The translations under genes were made by a program, and so were the position numbers. Below the pieces are notes generated by a model. The model saw only the letters and a program-made list of their open reading frames with translations, made no database searches and had not been told where the DNA came from. Of a DNA stretch of 64,000 nt, positions 58,185 to 64,000 are shown one piece after another. This DNA is from Scyliorhinus canicula (Eukaryota). The stretch lies in contig NW_024055458.1 in assembly GCF_902713615.1 (NCBI RefSeq), forward strand, positions 1 through 64,000, written 5' to 3'. Numbering within the stretch: position 1 is the first letter of the stretch; each line of letters begins with the position of its first letter.

Positions 58185-58730
58185 GAACCAAGGTAGCATT
58201 GTGGTTAGCATCAATGCTTCACAGCTCCAGGGTCCCAGGTTCGATTCCCGGCTGGGTCACTGTCTGTGTGGAGTCTGCACGTCCTCCCCGTGTGTGCGTG
58301 GGTTTCCTCCGGGTGCTCCGGTTTCCTCCCACAGTCCAAAGATGTGCGGGTTAGGTGGATTGGCCATGCTAAATTGCCCGTAGTGTAAGGTTAATGGGGG
58401 GGATTGTTGGGTTACGGGTATGTGGGTGATCATTGCTCGGCACAACATCGAGGGCCGAAGGGCCTGTTCAGTGCTGTACTGTTCTATGTTCTGGCCTTGA
58501 GCGTCTGTCTGTGTGGAGTTTGTACTTTCTCCCCGTTTTCTTCCGCTTTCCTCCCACAATCCAAAGCTGTGCAGATAGAGTGGATTGGACGTGCTAGATT
58601 TTCCCTTAGTGTCCAGGTTTATGCAGGTTACGAGCATAGGGTGGTGTAGTGGACCTGGGTACGGTGCTCTGCGCAGGGTTGGTGCAGACTTGATGGGCCG
58701 TCCTGCCTCCTCCCGCACTGTAGTGTTTCT
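58185..58730 (+). mobile_element. Two adjacent V-SINE-like SINEs
   Basis: SINE core at about 58190-58470 and a second 5'-truncated core at about 58490-58730. Confidence 0.8.
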
Positions 58731-59174
58731 ACGAAAGTTGGGATTCTGTAATACCGATGTCAACCACTGTACTGCTCATCAGAAAGCTCAAATAACGCAA
58801 TTAAACAAGATTTCCCGTTAACAAATCTTTGCTGGCTTAATTTATTAAGAAGCCATTTCCACTGATGTACTTTGAAATGTGATGATTTGTGCAAGTGAAT
58901 GGACCTAACAACCTAAACCTGATGTGAAGATGATCAGCCTTAAAATCCCGATTGATTACTTATCTCGCTTGAAAAGAAATTAAACACTTGCTCCACTCCA
59001 GCGTGTTTCACACTGATCTTGATTCCACATTGCCCCTGCTCACTGTGTTACCATCACCGTTTACTCCCCAACATCTTCCAATGTCCTTGGGTAAGGTCTG
59101 GTGCAGAAATAATAGAAAAATGGCTTAACATGACATATAAGGTGCCGTGCTCCATCGGAATATGAGAAACACAG

Positions 59175-59835
59175 AAACGTAGAAATATAGACAATAGGAG
59201 CAGGTGTCGGATATTCGGCCCTTCGAGCATGTTCCGCCATTCAGTAATATCTTGGCTGATCCTCTATCTCCGCACCCTGCTTTTACTCTCTCCCCACACC
59301 CCTTGTCCTCTTTAGAGTAGAGAAAATAATCGATTTGTTGTTAAATATATTCAGTGATTTCAGCAGCCTCTGCATGAAGACGTTTCTCTTTATCTCAGTC
59401 CTAAATGTTCTACCCTGAGACTGTGATCCCTTGTTCTAGACTCCTTATCCATAGGAAACATCATCCCTCCATCCAGTCTGTCCAACTCTATAAGAGTTTG
59501 ATTTGTTTCATAGAGAACCCCCTCATTCTTCTAAATTTCATTGAGTTCAGGCCTGGTCGAGTCAATCTTTCCACATAACCCTGCCATCCCAGAAATTTAT
59601 CTCATGAACCTTCGGTGCACTCCCTGATGGCAAATATTTCCACTCTGAGGTAAGGAGACAAACACTTCACACAATACTCCAGTTGCGGTATTACCAATGC
59701 TTTGAAGAGCCTTACTGTTGTTCTCAAGTCCTCTTGCAAAGAAGGCTAACAGACCACTTGCCCAATGCATCTGCATGCTTGTTTTCAATGATTGAAGTGC
59801 AATGATATCAAGGTCCCTTTGTACGTCACTATTTC
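59175..59835 (-). mobile_element. Decayed CR1 3' fragment
   Basis: Reverse-strand SDVQRDL and CR1 3' UTR similarity. Confidence 0.7.
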
Positions 59836-60083
59836 CTAATCTATCACTGTTTATGTAACACCCGGCCACTAAGTGAGGCAACTGGACAGTATTTAATCCA
59901 TTGCCATGTGTGAGAGGCGGCAACGGGCACAGAAAACCACCAAAAGACAATGCAGCAGTTAAAATAATGCTGGTACCTGCAAAATGAAATGCGGTGGGAT
60001 GCGCCACCTGGTGGTCGGCTTTCATGCATTTCCCATGAATGACCTCACAGAAACCCAGGTTAAATTCCGAAAGGTTTGCATCG

Positions 60084-60215
60084 AACTAGCTTTCGGAGCG
60101 CAACTCCTTCCTCAGGTGAATGACTTGAGGAAGAACCTGGGCTCCGAAATCGAGTGATTGGACACATACCTGTTGGACTTTAACCTGGCGTTGTAAGACT
60201 TCTTACTGTGCCTCC
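60084..60215. mobile_element. Mini Penelope pLTR remnant with back-to-back hammerhead motifs
   Basis: Minus CAC-CUGAGGA-A-GGAGU ugc GCUCC-GAA-AGCU-A at 60118-60084; decayed plus-strand copy at 60124-60157, followed by CCTGTTGGACTTTAACCTGG as in the PLE end at 44120. Confidence 0.7.
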
Positions 60216-62871
60216 GCAGGCCCACTCCGTCCATACCACGGTCACAGCAAACGGTACTGGATCGAGTTATTCCGGGGACTTTCTCAGTGTGTTGTCCCCA
60301 GCACACAGCAATAAACAGCGCTGTCAGTGAGCTGCAGCCGTTCAATGTGAAAATATTTACATTATTTGGCGTACCCATAATGAATGGAAAACAATTGTTA
60401 ACTTCATGATGAAGAGGCATCCAGACTCCAAACGTTAGCTCGGTTTTATCTCCACAGAGGCTGTCAGACCTAAAGAGAATATCCAGCATTTTCTGTTTTT
60501 GTTTCAGGTTCCAGCATTCGCAATAATTAGCTTTTTGTTAATTTCATTATTTGTTTCGCAATGTGGATGAAATACCAAAGCTGGAGCCATTTTCTGCTTC
60601 TGGTGATAAAAGCTGGGCAGAAAAACTCACATTGGAGATTGAATATTCAATTTATGCTCAGCGAGATTGAGCTTTTATTAGTTACTGCCCGACTGGTTCT
60701 CCAGAAATCACACCCGGAGTTTACATTATCCCACAGAGCAGAGTGAAGAATTAATATGAAGGCAGCTAATCTGTTTGATGTTTGTGTAGACAGATGGATG
60801 GTTGATTAGAGAGAATGAATATTAAAGCTGATAACAACGGACAGACGTATTGCTGGACAGATGGAATGAACATTAATGCTGCTAATATTATGCTCGTTTT
60901 TCATGGAATTCTTACTCTGCGCAAGGAAGCCATTTGGCCCGTCGAATCTGCACTGACCCTCCGAAAGAGCACGCTACCTAGGTCCACTCTCACGCCCTAT
61001 CCCCATAATCCAGTAACCTAACCTGTACCTCCCTCGGCTCTAACCGGCAAGGTAGTATGACCTGTCCACCTAACCTGCACATCTTTGGTCTGTGGGAGGA
61101 AACCGGAGCACCTGGAAGATTATCACACATACAGACGGAGACAGAATAGGAGACATTTTTGAAAGTTCGACAGGAGGATTGTGACATAGTGATATATAAA
61201 GAGTGGGATGGTTGAAGAGAATCTATCAAGCGATAACAACAGTAGGTTGGTAAATGGATAAGACTTGTATCGAGAGTGGAATGGAGAAACAGACAAAGGT
61301 ACAGAAATAAGTAAAACAACCAAATAACAATGCCAGAAGATTCCGAAATGCAAATGCAACAAAACCCAATTTGGCCGCATTGCCCTACAATGGGACACAA
61401 GCCGTTCATATTGTGCCTCCTCTCCGTTGAAACATTCGGATGGAGGGAGCAGAGTTTGATGGCTTTCCTTCGAAGCATGGAATCTCCGTAACTTTGAGCA
61501 TCAAAACAACGGTGAGCTTTCAATGAGTTGTCTGTGATGCTATCTGGGTGAACCACCCTCACCCGCCCCCACTGAAGCATTTGGCCCTGACTTCCGATCC
61601 AAGGCCCTCGAATGGGTGCAGATTTTATCTTATCCTCTCCAGCCCCACTCATGTCACGGAAACATTCAGAATGTACGTTTCTGAAAAACAGACAGTCATC
61701 CATTAACGCTTAGTAGAACCATAGAATCACTACAGCGCAGAAGGAGGGAATTCGACCCATTGAGTCTGTACCGACCCTCTGAAAGAGCACCCTGCCGAGG
61801 TCTACCCATAACCCTACCCAACCAGCGCATCTTTGGGCTGTGAGTGGAAACGGGGACATCCAGAAGAAATCCCCGCAGACAAAGGGAGAATATGCAACTC
61901 CCCACAGTCACACAAGGCCGGAATTGAACCCGAGTCACTGGCGTTGTGAGGCAGCAGTGCTAACCACTGTGCCACCGGCGCAGGCAAAGGGGTCGCTTTT
62001 ACAAAACAATTATTCCGATTAATGGGAAATACATTCCGGGTGTTAATACTGATGAAATGGACATTTCAATAGCAACGAATATCTAACACGATATTACCAC
62101 ACCGACACAACCTCAGGGAATTCTATTTCGGAAAGCTTACTCTGTCGAAGGTTTTTGGCAGCGTCTCTGACTGCATTGCTCTTTTCTGTGTCTATGGCTG
62201 TGATAATCTGTTTGTTTATCGGCTTCAGTGTTTGTCTGTGTGAGTAGATACGTTTCGGGATCTATCGTTGTGTTTCCTTGTCACTGGGTCTATGTTTGTG
62301 TTGTTTCTGTGCTGCATACGAGGCTTCTGCTGATCAGGGGCTGGGTTAGCTCACAAGGCTAAATCGCTGGCTTTTAAAGCAGACCAAGCAGGCCAGCAGC
62401 ACGGTTCCTGTACCAGCGGCGCCGGAATGTGGCGACTAGGGGCTTTTCACAGTAACTTCATTGAAGCCGACTCGTGACAATAAGCGATTTTCATTTCATT
62501 TCATCACGATAGGCGGACATAGTCACTTATTTTCGTCGTTCGCAGCTCAAACTAGTATGTGTCAAACATCTCCAGAACATTAGTAACTTTATGTGGACGC
62601 ACGTTGCAAGCTATTTTAGTTTCTGGGCATATATCTGTACTATTGTATATCGCTATCCGTGTTGGTCTTACCCTGTGACCGTCTCCGCCTCCAACACCTT
62701 CCGAGACCTAGTTCCAAAGTTGCTCAACCCTATGATAGAAAAAAATCTCATCTCTGTCCTAAATTATTAATGGCGTAAACGAGTGACTGAAAGCAGCAGT
62801 TCAGCGGGACATCAGTGAAACCAGTGGAACAGAATCAGTGTTTGGAGTTGGGTGAATAATAATTCACGGTG

Positions 62872-63065
62872 CAACTGGGCGACACGGCGCACAATGGTTA
62901 GCAGAGTGCCAGGGTCCCAGGTTCGATTCCCGGCTTGGGTCACTGTCTGTGCGAAGTCTGCACGTTCCCCCGTGTCTGCGTGGGTTTCCTCCTGGTGCTC
63001 CGGTTTTTTTGCACAAGTCCGAAAGACGTGCTGTTAGATAATTTGAACATTCTGAATTGTGAGTT
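62872..63065 (+). mobile_element. SINE immediately upstream of the TCR V promoter
   Basis: GGGCGACACGGCGCACAATGG...GGTTCGATTCCCGGCTTGGGTCACTG core; other SINEs at about 60905-61115 and 61715-61980 (minus). Confidence 0.8.
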
Positions 63066-63193
63066 AAAACGAGAAAGAGGCAGACTGATTGATAATTTGT
63101 GACAGAGCAAAGCAATGAGAAGGACAGACAAACACATCAAGGATGGAATGTGATTGGTGACAGAAAGCTTTATTTAATCTTCAACTAACGGCC

Positions 63194-63234
63194 ATTGGTC
63201 CACAGCTGACGTCATGTCTGAGAGATAAACCAAT
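63194..63234 (+). promoter_or_regulatory. TCR V promoter: palindromic CRE flanked by CCAAT boxes
   Basis: TGACGTCA at 63207-63214 about 130 nt upstream of the leader ATG; ATTGG at about 63194 and CCAAT at about 63230. CRE motifs are a known feature of TCR V promoters. Confidence 0.75.
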
Positions 63235-63341
63235 CGCGGGACTGAGAAACACCCCAATATTCCCAATAAGTGATCTTTGACATAAAACTCGAAACAACAA
63301 CATATTTCAAAGTGTCGCTATTTATTGTCCAATCAGGAACC

Positions 63342-63387
63342 ATGTGCTCCCTGTGTGCTTTACTTATGATAATGAGCTCGCTGACGG
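63342..63387 (+). CDS. TCR V leader exon (MCSLCALLMIMSSLT, phase 1)
   Basis: 15 codons plus 1 nt, then a GTGAGT donor; 85-nt intron ending TTGTTACAG at 63472. Confidence 0.9.
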
Positions 63388-63472
63388 GTGAGTCTGAGAT
63401 CAAATCCTCAGTCTGTTTTTCATGGGTTATGTTTGCTCCCAGATTTCTGACACCTTCTATATGTTGTTACAG

Positions 63473-63779
63473 GAACCAGTGGCCAAGATTCCGTTTCCCA
63501 GCATCCGCCTGAATTAATGGTTCTGGAAGGACAGGCGGTAATATTGAACTGTAATTACACAACTAAAAGCAGTATATCAACTCTCTTCTGGTACATCCAG
63601 TATCCCGGGGAAACTCCGAGATATTTGCTGAGGATCTACGGAAAGGGACAGGGGGATACTTCTCCAGAGTTCCCAGACCGGTTTTCTGCTGATTTGGACA
63701 AAGTCAAGAAAACCGTTCCGTTAAATATCACCGGAGTCCGTGTCTCTGACTCAGCTGTGTATCTCTGTGCTCTGAACCC
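63473..63779 (+). CDS. TRAV/TRDV: T-cell receptor alpha/delta V exon, open frame
   Basis: GTSG-QDSVSQHPPELMVLEGQAVILNCNYTTKSSISTLFWYIQYPGETPRYLLRIYGKGQGDTSPEFPDRFSADLDKVKKTVPLNITGVRVSDSAVYLCALNP. LFWY.Q.PG, SDSAVY.CAL and CNY are alpha/delta-type motifs. Confidence 0.93.
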
Positions 63780-63818
63780 CACACTGTTACAGAGACACAG
63801 TCAGTCCGTACAAAAACC
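63780..63818 (+). other. TCR V 23-bp-spacer RSS
   Basis: CACACTG (63780-63786), 23 nt, ACAAAAACC (63810-63818). Confidence 0.93.
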
Positions 63819-64000
63819 AACAAGGCATTCTCACCTCCTCTCACTGAATCAGATCTGTAACTTGGATTGTGAACTGTTAATATAACCAAAATCGCATCTA
63901 AACACCAGCTTGCCCGAACAATCCCTTTTAATGCTGCTGAATATGTGTAGGTCTATGTAAAATCCCATTATTTCGTAAGTTTAACTGTGACCGAACCACC

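Noticed and set aside
60990-61703. 237-aa minus-strand ORF, and a KALEWV Ig-like peptide on the plus strand near 61595
   Set aside because: The ORF runs into a SINE and has no domain; the peptide lacks the surrounding Cys/Trp framework and any RSS.
62150-62190. GGTTTTTGG nonamer with a distant TTCTGTG
   Set aside because: 25-nt spacing, poor heptamer and no adjacent J or D coding sequence.
63342-63818. TCR V as the leaderless supporting V-delta of NAR-TCR
   Set aside because: It has its own promoter CRE and a spliceable leader exon.
1-64000. CRISPR arrays, rRNA or genuine tRNA genes
   Set aside because: Eukaryotic DNA; the tandem repeats lack unique spacers and the tRNA-like boxes all belong to SINE heads.

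Overview
Vertebrate genomic DNA from a cartilaginous fish (shark-type Ig gene, SINE and CR1 content), apparently at the junction of two antigen-receptor loci. Left end: a complete, unrearranged IgM-type heavy-chain minicluster on the minus strand (leader, VH, D1, D2, JH, all with canonical RSS). Its C exons would lie left of the window. Right end: an intact TCR alpha/delta V gene on the plus strand (CRE promoter, leader, V exon, 23-RSS). The ~60 kb between them has no recognisable gene segments and is mostly transposon-derived. The stand-out element is a young 9.9-kb LTR provirus (12633-22536, minus; 945-bp LTRs with about 6 mismatches by eye; AAGC TSD). It has gag, a UGA-readthrough protease, RT, a degenerate RNase H tether, a second retroviral-type RNase H and integrase, plus a 113-aa type I membrane protein where env would be. 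Also present: Rex1, RTE, CR1 and other CR1/L2-group LINE pieces, many tRNA-derived SINEs, a Penelope-like insertion with minimal hammerhead ribozyme motifs, an old ~6-kb tandem duplication, a probable solo LTR, minisatellites, a candidate T-cell enhancer motif cluster and a 370-N assembly gap. All alignments and counts were made by eye; many repeat boundaries are approximate.
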